Source: Candidatus Daviesbacteria bacterium GW2011_GWA1_41_61
GTDB taxonomy: Bacteria > Patescibacteriota > Microgenomatia > Daviesbacterales > UBA10151
Assembly: GCA_000997385.1 (NCBI GenBank)
Contig: LCBT01000001.1
Location: 307,663 to 371,662 of the forward strand
DNA: 64,000 bases
Reading direction: 5' to 3'
Below are positions 18,298 to 28,368 of the stretch, one piece after another (position 1 is the first letter of the stretch; every line of letters begins with the position of its first letter). The notes beneath the pieces are model-generated. The model searched no databases. It saw only the letters and a list, made by a program, of their open reading frames with translations, and was not told the DNA's origin. Position numbers and translations under genes: made by a program.

Positions 18298-19734
18298 TTA
18301 ATTAAGCATATAAGCTTTTTTGATCCTTCTTTTAGCTAAAGAGGTAACCACAAAGCCTAGCCAATCCCGGCTGGGCTTTTTTTTAGGGTCTTTAGATAAA
18401 GTCACCTCTACTATATCACCATTTTTTAACTTTGTGTCCAAAGAAACTACTTTACCATTAACTTTGACCCCCATCACCTGATTCCCCATCTGAGTGTGAA
18501 TATGGTAGGCAAAATCGATAGGTGTAGCCCCAGCCGGCAAATCTTTAACATCACCTTTGGGAGTGAAACAAAAGATTCTTTCTCCAAAAAGATCTGTTTT
18601 AATGGTTTTCAAAAATTCTTTGTCGTCAGTAATCTCAGTTTGCCAATCAGCGAGTCTTTTAACCCAGTCCAGTTTTTCAGCTGAGGCAGCAAATCCTTGA
18701 GTGATTTTTTCATCAGATAAACCACTCTCTTTTTTCTCAGCATAGTTCCAGTGTGCTGCCAATCCATATTCTGCTTCCTCATGCATCTTTCTGGTTCTTA
18801 TCTGAATCTCAAAGGGCAGATCTCCCGGTCCATAGACTTTAGTATGTAAAGATTGATAACCGTTAGGTTTAGGATGGGCAATATAATCAGAAAAAGGACC
18901 GGGTAAAGGTTTAAAAAGTTTATGGACAATATCTAAAGTTTTATAACAATCTTCTGTAGTATCAACAATGATCCTCAAAGCTATCAGATCATGAATTTTA
19001 TGCAGATCTTTATTAATCTCGGCTCTAGTTAATTTAGTATAAAGAGAATAGGCATGTTTAACCCGGCTTTGAATCTCTGCCTCAATACCTTGTTGTTTTA
19101 AAGCCAGCATTAACTTGGCTTTAATTTTTAGCAAAATTTTGCCCAAATTAGTCAAATCATTTTTAACGTAAGATTTAACCCAAGTGTATTCTTCAGGATA
19201 AAGATGCATAAAAGCCAGATCCTGCATCTGCCCTCTTAACTCTCCCATTCCCAATCTTTCTGCTAAGGGAGCAAAGATCTCTAAAGCTTTTTGACCAACT
19301 TCTTTCTTTTTAGGATTCTCCACATATTGTAAAGTAGTTAAATTGTCAAAAATATCAGCCAGCTTAATTAAAACTACCCGCAAATCTTTGGCCAAAACTA
19401 AAAACATTTTTCTTAAAGATTCTATAAAGTCATCTTTCATCTCATCTTTGGGTTTAATTAACCTGAGTTTTTCAAAAGATTCCATCATTTGGGCAATATC
19501 TTCACTAAACTCTGCCTTTATATCAGCCATATCAGCAGCGCCTTCATGAATACTGTGGTGTAAGATCGCAGCAGCTAGGGTAGAAGGGTCACTTACTTTA
19601 TAACGGATTAAAGTTTCTGCCACACGAAGACAGTGATCCACCACATCTTCGCCGGAGTTTCTTTTCTTACCGGCCAAAGAAAGTTTGGCAAAATCAATAG
19701 CTTGTTTAATGATCGGATTTTCCAAGGCTTGCAT
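18298..19734 (-). CDS. RelA/SpoT-family (p)ppGpp synthetase, short form with a degenerate HD hydrolase motif and a C-terminal TGS domain
   Basis: Synthetase motifs DLIALRIIV, YQSLHT and EIQIRTRKMH..AEYGLAAHW are present. The hydrolase motif reads LHHSIHEG instead of LHDVxEDT. Confidence 0.85.
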   Translation of the reverse strand: MQALENPIIKQAIDFAKLSLAGKKRNSGEDVVDHCLRVAETLIRYKVSDPSTLAAAILHHSIHEGAADMADIKAEFSEDIAQMMESFEKLRLIKPKDEMKDDFIESLRKMFLVLAKDLRVVLIKLADIFDNLTTLQYVENPKKKEVGQKALEIFAPLAERLGMGELRGQMQDLAFMHLYPEEYTWVKSYVKNDLTNLGKILLKIKAKLMLALKQQGIEAEIQSRVKHAYSLYTKLTRAEINKDLHKIHDLIALRIIVDTTEDCYKTLDIVHKLFKPLPGPFSDYIAHPKPNGYQSLHTKVYGPGDLPFEIQIRTRKMHEEAEYGLAAHWNYAEKKESGLSDEKITQGFAASAEKLDWVKRLADWQTEITDDKEFLKTIKTDLFGERIFCFTPKGDVKDLPAGATPIDFAYHIHTQMGNQVMGVKVNGKVVSLDTKLKNGDIVEVTLSKDPKKKPSRDWLGFVVTSLAKRRIKKAYMLN

Positions 19735-19735
19735 A

Positions 19736-21364
19736 TTAGGCTAATTGTAAATCTAAAACTTTCAGTTGCAAGGTGCTGTTACCATTAAACTGATTGATCT
19801 CTAAATAGTAAGCTGCATTAACCAGCTGCCCTTCTTCAAGTAAATTACTTAAATGGCCCAAAGAAAAAGCTATAGATTCTATCCCATCTGCCTTAAATTT
19901 CAAATGTTTCCTCTCCCCTACAGTTTTAAGACCAAAGACTCTTATATTCCTGGTAGCTAAAACCGGTTTAGGATTGCCAACCCCTGTTGGTTCAAATTTC
20001 TCCAGTTTAATAACCAGTTCCTTACTAAGTTTAGAGGAGCTAACCTCTAACTCTATCTCCAGCTCATCAACATCTTCAAAAACAGTCTCTCCCACAAGAC
20101 TTTCCAATCTCTTTTTAAAAACATCAATTTTAGAACTATCAATGGTAAAACCGGCAGCTTTAGGGTGTCCCCCTACATCATTTAACAAATCAGAACACTT
20201 TCTTAAAGTTTCCACAATATCCAAACCGTTAACCGATCTGGCTGAACCTTTCGATTCCGCTTCACCCCGCGATAAAACTATTGTTGGCAGATGATATTCT
20301 TCGGCCACTTTAGCAGCGATTAAACCGATAATTCCCGGGATCCATTTCTCGCTGTGAAGAACTAAAATTTTTTTCTTTCCCACTGTCTCATCCGGGTGAA
20401 GACCTTTTTCCTGAGCTATCATTTCCTTAGCTTCGACCGTAGCCTGCATGGAGAGTTGTTTTTTTTGATCATTAGCAGCGCATAAAAGTTGAGCTAGTTT
20501 TCTGGCTTTATCTTTGTCTTTAGTGCACAAAAGCCTAACCGAATCAATAGCATGCTCCAGCCTACCGATAGCGTTCAGACGAGGACCCAAAATATGCCCC
20601 ACCTCGTAAGAAGTAATTTTCCCAAAGTCCAGCCTTGATTCATAGAAAAGAGCCAGTAGTCCTGCCCTGTTGGTTTTATTAAGCTGAACCAAGCCCAAAG
20701 CTGTTAAGGCCCGGTTGACTCCCAAAAGAGGTACTAAATCACAAATAGTAGCTATTCCCACTAAGTCCAGCAGTTCTTCAGCTAAACCTTTACTGACTAA
20801 AGACCTCACCAGACACCACCCTACAGCTGTTCCGCACATCTTGGTACAGTGGATTAAAGCCAGACACTGAGGTTTTTCTTCTGCCGGCAGATGATGGTCA
20901 GTAATAATTAAATCTAAGCCAATTGCTTGGGCAAAACCAGCTTGTTCCAAAGCTACTATACCGTTGTCGACAGTAATAATTAAGGAGGCCCCTTTTTCTT
21001 TGATGGTTTGTAGACCCTCTTTGGATAAACCATAACCCTCTTTTTCCCGGTGGGGGATATAGGGTAAAACTTTAATCCCAAGTGAGGTTAAACCATGATA
21101 TAAAACAGCTGTCCCACACACTCCATCCACATCGTAATCTCCGTAAACAACAATCAGCTCTTTATTTTCGACAGCTTTCAAAATTCTTTTTTTAGCTTTT
21201 TCTATTCCAGGGATTTGCAGATCTGCCTCATAATCTTCTAATTTAGGATTAAAAAATTTTTCCTTTTCTTCTTCAGTTTTAATCCCTCTGTTAATAAGAA
21301 GTTGTTCTACTAAATCATCAGAAGTTTTTGGGGTAACTTTCCAAACCTTGGACATAACTAGCAA
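19736..21364 (-). CDS. recJ: single-stranded-DNA-specific exonuclease RecJ
   Basis: DHH motifs (DYDVDGVCGTAVL, DHH) and DHHA1 (GGHPKAAGF). Confidence 0.9.
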   Translation of the reverse strand: MLVMSKVWKVTPKTSDDLVEQLLINRGIKTEEEKEKFFNPKLEDYEADLQIPGIEKAKKRILKAVENKELIVVYGDYDVDGVCGTAVLYHGLTSLGIKVLPYIPHREKEGYGLSKEGLQTIKEKGASLIITVDNGIVALEQAGFAQAIGLDLIITDHHLPAEEKPQCLALIHCTKMCGTAVGWCLVRSLVSKGLAEELLDLVGIATICDLVPLLGVNRALTALGLVQLNKTNRAGLLALFYESRLDFGKITSYEVGHILGPRLNAIGRLEHAIDSVRLLCTKDKDKARKLAQLLCAANDQKKQLSMQATVEAKEMIAQEKGLHPDETVGKKKILVLHSEKWIPGIIGLIAAKVAEEYHLPTIVLSRGEAESKGSARSVNGLDIVETLRKCSDLLNDVGGHPKAAGFTIDSSKIDVFKKRLESLVGETVFEDVDELEIELEVSSSKLSKELVIKLEKFEPTGVGNPKPVLATRNIRVFGLKTVGERKHLKFKADGIESIAFSLGHLSNLLEEGQLVNAAYYLEINQFNGNSTLQLKVLDLQLA

Positions 21365-21477
21365 ATTGTAGCATAGATTTTAAAGTCGATCAGCCAATAT
21401 CCACCCCCGGGGTGAAATATGCGCAATAGCTCCTGGACCTTGCCTCTGTGAACTTAGAGACGTAAAATGACAACAGG

Positions 21478-22944
21478 ATGGAATACCAATTACCTAAAGA
21501 GGTCAAAAAAATTCTAAATAAATTAACCCAGGCAGGATACCAAGCCTATATAGTAGGAGGGGCGGTGCGTGATCTTTTAATGGGAAGAGAAGTTTCAGAT
21601 TGGGACTTTACTACGGATGCAAAACCAGAGGAGATCTTAAAAGTCTTCCCTGAAGGATTTTATGACAACAGATTTGGGACAGTCGGTATAGCAGCTGAGA
21701 ATATCGGTAAATATTTTGCGAGGGGTGACACGGAAGAGGACTCCCGTCGTCTCACCCGCACGACGAACGATAGTGAGGGGGAGGACGGACGACGGGATAC
21801 TGAAGTGGCAGGACCCCGAGCAAAAAGAGTTAAGCAGATTTTTGAAATAACTACCATGAGGAAGGAAGGAGTTTATCGGGATTTCCGCCACCCAATAGAA
21901 GTGTCTTGGACCAATAAAATAGAGGAAGATTTAGCCAGAAGAGACTTTACTATAAATGCCATGGCTTTATCAATTACAGAAGAGTTAATTGATCCGTTTG
22001 GTGGGCAAAGAGATCTACAAAATAAACTGATTCAAGCAGTTGGGGACCCCAAACTAAGATTTCAAGAAGATGCTCTCCGTTTAATGAGAGCAATCAGAAT
22101 TGCTACAGAACTTGGATTTGAAATTGAAAATAAAACCTGGCAAGCCATCCAGGAAAATGCTCCTCTTATCAGGAAAATTGCCTGGGAAAGAATCAGAGAT
22201 GAGCTGTTGAAAATTCTTGCTAGTTTGTATCCATACATAGGTATAGTAAAGCTTAGGGAAGCGGGGATACTGCCTATTATCTTACCTGAGGTAGAAAGAT
22301 GTTTTGGAGTTGTCCAAAAGGGACCAAAACATGCCAGAGTTTATGATATTGGAGAGCATTCCCTACTGACTTTAAAAGAGACCCCCTCCTCTGACCCATT
22401 AACTAGGTTAGCAGCTTTACTTCATGATATTGGCAAACCTGATACTTTAAAAATTGGAGTAGATAGTAATGTAACTTTTTACCATCATGAAGTAGTGGGA
22501 GGAAAATTGAGTTTACAAATTGCCAAAAGGTTTAATTTATCCAAAGACCAAACTGATAAACTTTACCGCTTAGCCAGATGGCATCTTTTTACCGTTGATG
22601 AAAAACAAACTGATTCTGCTATCAGAAGGTTTATCAAAAATATTGGAGTAGAAAATATAGATGACATGATGGCATTAAGAGTTGGTGACAGGTTAGGCGG
22701 AGGAACCCAAAAAGCAGTTTCCTGGAGAATGGAAAGGTTTAAAGAAAGAATTAAGGATGTTTTAAAAAAACCATTCTCTGTAACTGATCTTAATGTTAAT
22801 GGTAAAGATGTCATGGAAGTTTTAAAAATTAAACCAGGTCCCAAAGTGGGAGAAATTTTAAACAAATTATTTAAGGAAGTCCTAGAAGATGCTTCCAAAA
22901 ATAACAGAGACTATCTCTTAGAAAAAATTAAGTCACTTAAATAG
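21478..22944 (+). CDS. cca: CCA-adding tRNA nucleotidyltransferase with HD domain, carrying a GC-rich insertion of about 35 aa
   Basis: GGAVRDLLMGREVSDWDFTT polymerase-beta head motif, ITTMRKE, and an HD domain (LLHDIGKP). The insert ARGDTEEDSRRLTRTTNDSEGEDGRRDTEVAGPRAKR lies at 21718-21825. Confidence 0.85.
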   Translation: MEYQLPKEVKKILNKLTQAGYQAYIVGGAVRDLLMGREVSDWDFTTDAKPEEILKVFPEGFYDNRFGTVGIAAENIGKYFARGDTEEDSRRLTRTTNDSEGEDGRRDTEVAGPRAKRVKQIFEITTMRKEGVYRDFRHPIEVSWTNKIEEDLARRDFTINAMALSITEELIDPFGGQRDLQNKLIQAVGDPKLRFQEDALRLMRAIRIATELGFEIENKTWQAIQENAPLIRKIAWERIRDELLKILASLYPYIGIVKLREAGILPIILPEVERCFGVVQKGPKHARVYDIGEHSLLTLKETPSSDPLTRLAALLHDIGKPDTLKIGVDSNVTFYHHEVVGGKLSLQIAKRFNLSKDQTDKLYRLARWHLFTVDEKQTDSAIRRFIKNIGVENIDDMMALRVGDRLGGGTQKAVSWRMERFKERIKDVLKKPFSVTDLNVNGKDVMEVLKIKPGPKVGEILNKLFKEVLEDASKNNRDYLLEKIKSLK

Positions 22945-22945
22945 T

Positions 22946-23833
22946 TTAGTGGCCTAATCTTTCTTCCCAAAGGGCTAACAGGGCTGTGGCATTAAAGATG
23001 GAAGAATAAGTCCCGGAGATAATTCCTACCAGCAAGGCCACCACAAACCATTTAATAGACTCCCCTCCAAAAAGTAGGGTAGCCAGTAAAACAAAGATGA
23101 CTGTTAAAGAAGTATTTAAGGATCTGGCTAAAGTTTGGGTAATAGAAATATTGGCTACTTGGGAAAAATTTTTAGAAAGATGTTTGGGTAAATTTTCCCT
23201 AATCCTGTCAAAAACCACAATAGTATCATGAACGGAAAAACCGATGACTGTGAGGAGTGCTGTAACAAATAACACATCCACCTCAACCCCTAAAAAATGT
23301 CCTAAGATAGAAAAAAGTCCTACCACCACTAAAACATCATGTAATAGCGCCACCACTGCTGTAATACCAAACCTCCAGGAAGAAGCAGGTTTGGGAACTT
23401 TATAAAAAGCGATGGCCAAATAGATAACAATCATCACCGCCGCCAAGGCCACAGCAATGAAAGCATTTTTAGTGGTTTCTCCCCCAATAGTTGGTCCCAC
23501 ACTCTCTACCCTCATAATCTCAACTTTACCAAAATCCTTGCCTAAATTTTCTTTAACAGCCAAAATCTTTTCCTCTTTGGCATGTTTAGCTTTAATAATA
23601 TAACTCCCAGGCCCTGACTCGATAACCGAAGAAACTTCAATCTCCCCTTGACTAATTTTTTGACGCAGTTCATCTTTATTTAAAGGTTTTTCAAACCTAT
23701 ATTCCAACAATGTCCCTCCAGTAAAATCAATCCCCAGTTTTAAACCATATAAAAATAGGGAGATCACCCCCGGGATAATAATTAGGGTGGATAAAATAAA
23801 AAACCACCATTTTTTACCCATTAAATTATTCAT
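22946..23833 (-). CDS. secF: protein translocase subunit SecF
   Basis: Six-transmembrane SecF topology and typical sequence (GIDFTGGT...). Confidence 0.9.
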   Translation of the reverse strand: MNNLMGKKWWFFILSTLIIIPGVISLFLYGLKLGIDFTGGTLLEYRFEKPLNKDELRQKISQGEIEVSSVIESGPGSYIIKAKHAKEEKILAVKENLGKDFGKVEIMRVESVGPTIGGETTKNAFIAVALAAVMIVIYLAIAFYKVPKPASSWRFGITAVVALLHDVLVVVGLFSILGHFLGVEVDVLFVTALLTVIGFSVHDTIVVFDRIRENLPKHLSKNFSQVANISITQTLARSLNTSLTVIFVLLATLLFGGESIKWFVVALLVGIISGTYSSIFNATALLALWEERLGH

Positions 23834-24155
23834 GACATCTTATCTCCTCAATATCTTTATTAAACTCTTCAATTAACTTGTCCACCGTATGGTAAATTTG
23901 TTGCTGGGCATTGTCAATTCTGACAGTTAAAAACTCCATCATTTCTCCCTTGTCTGAAGTGGTCTTTAACATTTCTACAAAAATCTCTTTCTCATCTTGT
24001 TTTAGCTGAGAAAAGATGAAATCTAAAACAGTACTTTCAATGGTGGCATCAAGCAGTTTAGCCAGATGTTCTCTTTGCTCCTCAGACAAATCCAGGCCCT
24101 CCAGTTTTACCAGAACCGGCTCTATGTTAATTAGATGAGAATAAAAATAACTCAT
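23826..24155 (-). CDS. acidic hypothetical protein inserted between secD and secF
   Basis: 109 aa, Glu/Asp-rich, no family recognised. Confidence 0.4.
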   Translation of the reverse strand: MSYFYSHLINIEPVLVKLEGLDLSEEQREHLAKLLDATIESTVLDFIFSQLKQDEKEIFVEMLKTTSDKGEMMEFLTVRIDNAQQQIYHTVDKLIEEFNKDIEEIRCHE

Positions 24156-24157
24156 GA

Positions 24158-25045
24158 CTAATTTTTCCCTTCTTTTATTGAAATTGGCCCCAAAGGAACC
24201 TCATCTTGGGGATCATCAACAAAAAAGTAAAGCACTGGCCCCTTCCTTGGTCCTTTAGCCAGTCCTAAAAAATGCATCACCTCAGGTGAACCTCCTAAAT
24301 GTTTTCCGGTCCACTCCGCCGGGCCGGCATCCCCAACGACTGCCACTACAGCCTGACCGCTTTGGGGATTCACTACTACCATTTTACGGAATTTAAAAAA
24401 ATCCCTAAACTTTCCCACATTCTCAGCAAATCCCGGAGCTAAAAAGGTCTGAACCGCCAGATAATACCTTTCCCTCTCTTTATCTTTGGCAGTAAAAGCC
24501 GCCTGGGAGGGGGCAAAATATCCCCAAGCTCCAAGTCCGGGAGCCATACCTGCAGGTCCATACATCGCCCAATCTGAAGCATTGTCGGCATGTTTAAAAA
24601 GATCATCTCCCGGGTAACGGTAAAGATGTTGCTCCCCGCCGATTAAGCCATAGGAACGGTTTAATCTGATCCCCTCAATCTCAGCAGCCACTCTAATATC
24701 TAATTTTTGGGAAACAGTTTGCCTAATTTTTTCCTCTTCTTGGGGGGTTAACTTCCCAACCTCACCCGGAACTTGATCTTTTAAAGCCTCAGCTAAAAGT
24801 TTATTTTTATCTTCAGCTTTGTTAATACTAGACCCTTGGGGGAAAGAGGCTAAACTATCAGCAACGCCGGGAAAAATCGCCGCAGCGGGAGTAGTCAAAA
24901 GCACCATCCCCCCCAGTCCTCCTATGGCCGCCCGCCGAAGAGAACTGCTATTATCTACTAACAGCTTGTCGCTTAAGGCCTTATGTTTGGCCAGCCATTT
25001 TTTTCTTAAGTGTTCATATTGAGGATTTTTTGAGTAAAACTTCAT
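24158..25045 (-). CDS. membrane-anchored exported protein, possibly RlpA-like double-psi beta-barrel
   Basis: N-terminal transmembrane helix. VVVNPQSGQAVVAVVGDAGPAEW..GKHLGGSPEV..LGL resembles the RlpA/DPBB signature. The assignment is tentative. Confidence 0.35.
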   Translation of the reverse strand: MKFYSKNPQYEHLRKKWLAKHKALSDKLLVDNSSSLRRAAIGGLGGMVLLTTPAAAIFPGVADSLASFPQGSSINKAEDKNKLLAEALKDQVPGEVGKLTPQEEEKIRQTVSQKLDIRVAAEIEGIRLNRSYGLIGGEQHLYRYPGDDLFKHADNASDWAMYGPAGMAPGLGAWGYFAPSQAAFTAKDKERERYYLAVQTFLAPGFAENVGKFRDFFKFRKMVVVNPQSGQAVVAVVGDAGPAEWTGKHLGGSPEVMHFLGLAKGPRKGPVLYFFVDDPQDEVPLGPISIKEGKN

Positions 25046-25059
25046 AACTTCCCTACTAT

Positions 25060-26442
25060 CTACCGTCTAAACCTCGGTAATAACCTTAAAAAAGTTCTGG
25101 TTACCACAATGGCAGAAAACATCGAGACCATTACCCCAATAGCTAAAGTTAAAGCAAAACCCCGCACCACACTAGTACCAAAGATAATTAATATCGAAGC
25201 AGTGATCAAAGAAGAGATATTGGAATCCCTAATAGAGGTCCAGGCCCGGGAAAAACCATCTTCTAAAGCTAACCTACCGCTTTTCCCTGACCTTAGCTCA
25301 TCTTTAATCCTCTCAAAGGTCAAAATATTGGCATCAACAGCCATACCAACGGAAAGAATAAAACCGGCAATTCCGGCTAAGGTTAAGGTCACAGGGGGGA
25401 GAATAAACAGTCCGGTTCTAAAGACAGTTAAAACTAACAGAGTATAGATTATTAAGGCCAAATCTGCCAACAGTCCATAAATACCATAATAAGCCACCAT
25501 AAAAATCATCACTGCTAAAATACCAATAGCTCCTGCTATCAAGCTCTTCTCCACGGATTGATTGCCTAAAGTCGCCCCGATTGATCTTTGCTCTAAAATT
25601 TCAATTGGTACGGGCAAAGCGCCAGCGTTAAGTTGAATACTTAAATTTTTAGCCTCTTGGGAAGTAAAACTGCCGGTAATTACTCCGCTTCCGCCAATGA
25701 TCTCCTGCTGGACCGTCGGCGGAGGCCACATCAAAGGTACGTCATCTAAAAAAATCGCTAAAGGCTTACCGACATTTCTTTTAGTAATCTCAGCAAATTT
25801 TTTACCACCTTCCTCTGTAAACTCAATCGCCACCTGAGGCCCAGTCTTGGTTCCAGAAGAGCCGAAGGTCACTGAGGCTTTTTTCAGGTCTGCTCCGGTT
25901 AAACCGGTCGGCTGATAGGAAAAAATATCATTTAAAGCGGAAGAGGTGGCTTCTGCTGATGGTGAAGCCTGGGCTGAAGGGGTAGCCTGAGCAGATGAGG
26001 TGGCAGGACTCTCCCGAAACTCCAGCTGAGCAGTCCTACCCACTAAATTAACTGCCTCCTGAGGATCTTTAACTCCAGGCAACTCTACCAAAATTCTTCT
26101 TTGTTCGCCTAAAGTGGAAGATTGGACCACAGCTTCCGAGACTCCATATAAATTAACCCTTCTTTCAATTACTTGCCTGGCTGCTTCTAAAGCGGTATCA
26201 CGATCAGTAGAGTTAATCTTATCCATCTTCGTCTCCAAAGTTAACTGGGTTCCCCCCTGTAGATCTAAACCAAGTTTAATAGGAAACATTTGAGATAAAT
26301 TAGCTGGCGAAAAGAAGGCGACATTAATCTCTTGGCCAAAAACTCGAGCGTTTTGGGGAAAAGGCATTGTCGAAGGAACGTTTATAAACGCTGCCAAGAT
26401 AGTTATGACAATAATTAACCACAAAACTCTCCGTGGAGTCAT
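25060..26442 (-). CDS. secD: protein translocase subunit SecD
   Basis: N-terminal transmembrane helix, periplasmic domain and a C-terminal six-transmembrane SecD core (LAGIAGFILSVGMAVD). Contains a Ser/Ala/Thr-rich low-complexity insert. Confidence 0.9.
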   Translation of the reverse strand: MTPRRVLWLIIVITILAAFINVPSTMPFPQNARVFGQEINVAFFSPANLSQMFPIKLGLDLQGGTQLTLETKMDKINSTDRDTALEAARQVIERRVNLYGVSEAVVQSSTLGEQRRILVELPGVKDPQEAVNLVGRTAQLEFRESPATSSAQATPSAQASPSAEATSSALNDIFSYQPTGLTGADLKKASVTFGSSGTKTGPQVAIEFTEEGGKKFAEITKRNVGKPLAIFLDDVPLMWPPPTVQQEIIGGSGVITGSFTSQEAKNLSIQLNAGALPVPIEILEQRSIGATLGNQSVEKSLIAGAIGILAVMIFMVAYYGIYGLLADLALIIYTLLVLTVFRTGLFILPPVTLTLAGIAGFILSVGMAVDANILTFERIKDELRSGKSGRLALEDGFSRAWTSIRDSNISSLITASILIIFGTSVVRGFALTLAIGVMVSMFSAIVVTRTFLRLLPRFRR

Positions 26443-26486
26443 GAAAAGATTATATAATTTCAGCCGATGATTGTCAGCACTACAAT

Positions 26487-27071
26487 CTAAATCAATACTC
26501 CTAAGAGAAGATCTTCCTCGTCACCAATCAACATAATCTTAGACTGGGTGACAACTCTTAATATAAATGGATCGCGGCGCCTGACCCGGAATTGAAACTC
26601 GGCCTCATCCATAAAAGAATAATTGATCTCCTGATCTCTTTTAGCCTGCTCATTAGAAATGAGAGATTGTAGCTCCGGCAAAACAATTTGTCCCACCACC
26701 AAAAGATCAACATCCTCCGGACCGGAAGGCTGCCGTTTAAAAAAACGGGTGGCAATCATGGCATATTTAATCTTGCCTAATCTAACCCGGTTTTTAATTA
26801 TCTCTCCTCCTAAACCGCTCTGTTTGGCCACCATTCCCACCAACTGATGATAAAAAATATAGTCTTTACGGAAATGATAAAGTCTTCTGTTAGCCCGCCA
26901 TTCCGAAGCCACCATACCAAACTTTTCCATCCTTAAAAGTTCACGTCTGACAGCATTGATCTCTTCATCAACGCGGCGGACAATCTCCCTAACATGCAAC
27001 AGCGGTTCTTGGGAAGTCAAAAAGAGTGTTAGCAGTTTCACCCTCACCCGTGATATGAATAATTCTTCCAT
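26487..27071 (-). CDS. winged-helix transcriptional regulator-like protein
   Basis: N-terminal wHTH-like segment (LHVREIVRRVDEEINAVRRELLRMEKFGMV). The C-terminal part is unassigned. Confidence 0.35.
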   Translation of the reverse strand: MEELFISRVRVKLLTLFLTSQEPLLHVREIVRRVDEEINAVRRELLRMEKFGMVASEWRANRRLYHFRKDYIFYHQLVGMVAKQSGLGGEIIKNRVRLGKIKYAMIATRFFKRQPSGPEDVDLLVVGQIVLPELQSLISNEQAKRDQEINYSFMDEAEFQFRVRRRDPFILRVVTQSKIMLIGDEEDLLLGVLI

Positions 27072-27111
27072 AAACTATTCCCTAACCTCCTTTCTAGGCA
27101 GAAGATTTATT

Positions 27112-28296
27112 TTAGTAGCTAACTTTTGCTCCCTCTGGGACAGTTTGAATCCAAATTAAACCACGGTTAAAAGCAATCTCTTTACCACGAAGATCAGTAT
27201 ACTTACTTCTAGCTACCCGGGAAGTTTTCTCCCACTTGCCCTCCGTAACCTTACCATCTTGAAAAATTAAAGCTTTACCGCTGCCAATGGTTTTATACAG
27301 AAGATGCAAGTTACCCTCATAACCATCATTAGCCCGTGATTCCCGTTGAAACTGCACCACCACAATTTTAGCTGCCAGTTGTTGGTTGTTGTTTAAATCC
27401 AAATGGGCAACTCCGCCGTTAGCTCTTTGATAACAGTTACAGGTTTGATCATAAGACCAACTAACGGAATAGTCACCTTTGCCTTGCCAAAACTCCACTT
27501 CTGCTTTTGAAGCCAAAGAGGTTAAAGTAGCATCAGTAGTAGTAGCTAAAGAATCGTTCTTAAACTCCCAAGGGGTAAACCACTGGCTTAATTGATCTTC
27601 TGTGTTTTCAACTACCCAGCCCTTTTTAGCCCCAATGGCCCAAAGCTTTTGAGTGGTGGAATACATAGTATGTTCGGTAGCTACAGGCCTGCCTAACCTT
27701 TGATAATCTCTCCAAAAAGTAGGAAAGCCGATACTGAATTGGTTTAAATCTTTAATTTTATATTTGATAATTTGCCCTAAGGCATTAGCCGGGCCTGGAG
27801 TATTAGCTCCTCCCACATGAGCATACAATCCGTCGTATTCGGAGAGCCAATCTAAAAAGTAGGTCCTGGCAGATCTCACCGGGCCTATCTGAACATCAGA
27901 GAGGTTGCAAAGATAGATGACCATAAAACGGGTAATCCCTCCTTCAGCCACAGCTTCATAGATAATATCGGCTGAAGAAAGTCCCGATTGGGGACGGGCC
28001 TCAGTTGAGTTTTCAATCATCACTGCTAGGGGGAACCTCTTCTCCCAATTTTCCCGGGCTTTTTGGGTCCGCATAGTGCCGTTTAAAGGGCACTCCTCCG
28101 TCCTGGGCTCTTTTTCATCCTCTACCAGAGCGGTGCTGGGACCAGGCAAAGGGCTATTATCGGCTATGGGAGTCCCTTGGATAGTCTTAAAAAAGACAGA
28201 ATAGGAGGCTCCGGCAGAAGATATAAAAAGGATTATTGATAGGATAGAAACAGCCAAACTTTTTTGTAAAGTAGATAAATTGTTAAAAAAGTTCAT
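27112..28296 (-). CDS. DUF3048 (YerB-like) secreted/lipoprotein
   Basis: Signal/transmembrane N-terminus. RPQSGLSSADIIYEAVAEGGITRF and GPVRSARTYFLDW motifs are characteristic of DUF3048. Confidence 0.55.
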   Translation of the reverse strand: MNFFNNLSTLQKSLAVSILSIILFISSAGASYSVFFKTIQGTPIADNSPLPGPSTALVEDEKEPRTEECPLNGTMRTQKARENWEKRFPLAVMIENSTEARPQSGLSSADIIYEAVAEGGITRFMVIYLCNLSDVQIGPVRSARTYFLDWLSEYDGLYAHVGGANTPGPANALGQIIKYKIKDLNQFSIGFPTFWRDYQRLGRPVATEHTMYSTTQKLWAIGAKKGWVVENTEDQLSQWFTPWEFKNDSLATTTDATLTSLASKAEVEFWQGKGDYSVSWSYDQTCNCYQRANGGVAHLDLNNNQQLAAKIVVVQFQRESRANDGYEGNLHLLYKTIGSGKALIFQDGKVTEGKWEKTSRVARSKYTDLRGKEIAFNRGLIWIQTVPEGAKVSY

Positions 28297-28368
28297 AAAT
28301 TTCTACTGGATACAGAAATTACTCTTTTAATATACAGTTTTGGTTAGCTTTTTGTCAATTGGAGGTTA

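Noticed and set aside
21637-21891. Two antisense ORFs (84 and 65 aa) inside cca
   Set aside because: They are created by the GC-rich insertion of the CCA enzyme gene, lie opposite a well-supported gene, and have no ribosome-binding site.
25930-26030. Ser/Ala/Thr-rich repeat in SecD (ATSSAQATPSAQASPSAEATSSA) as a possible inserted element
   Set aside because: It is in frame and low-complexity, typical of a linker expansion in the periplasmic domain. There is no nucleotide-level tandem repeat beyond short codon reiteration.
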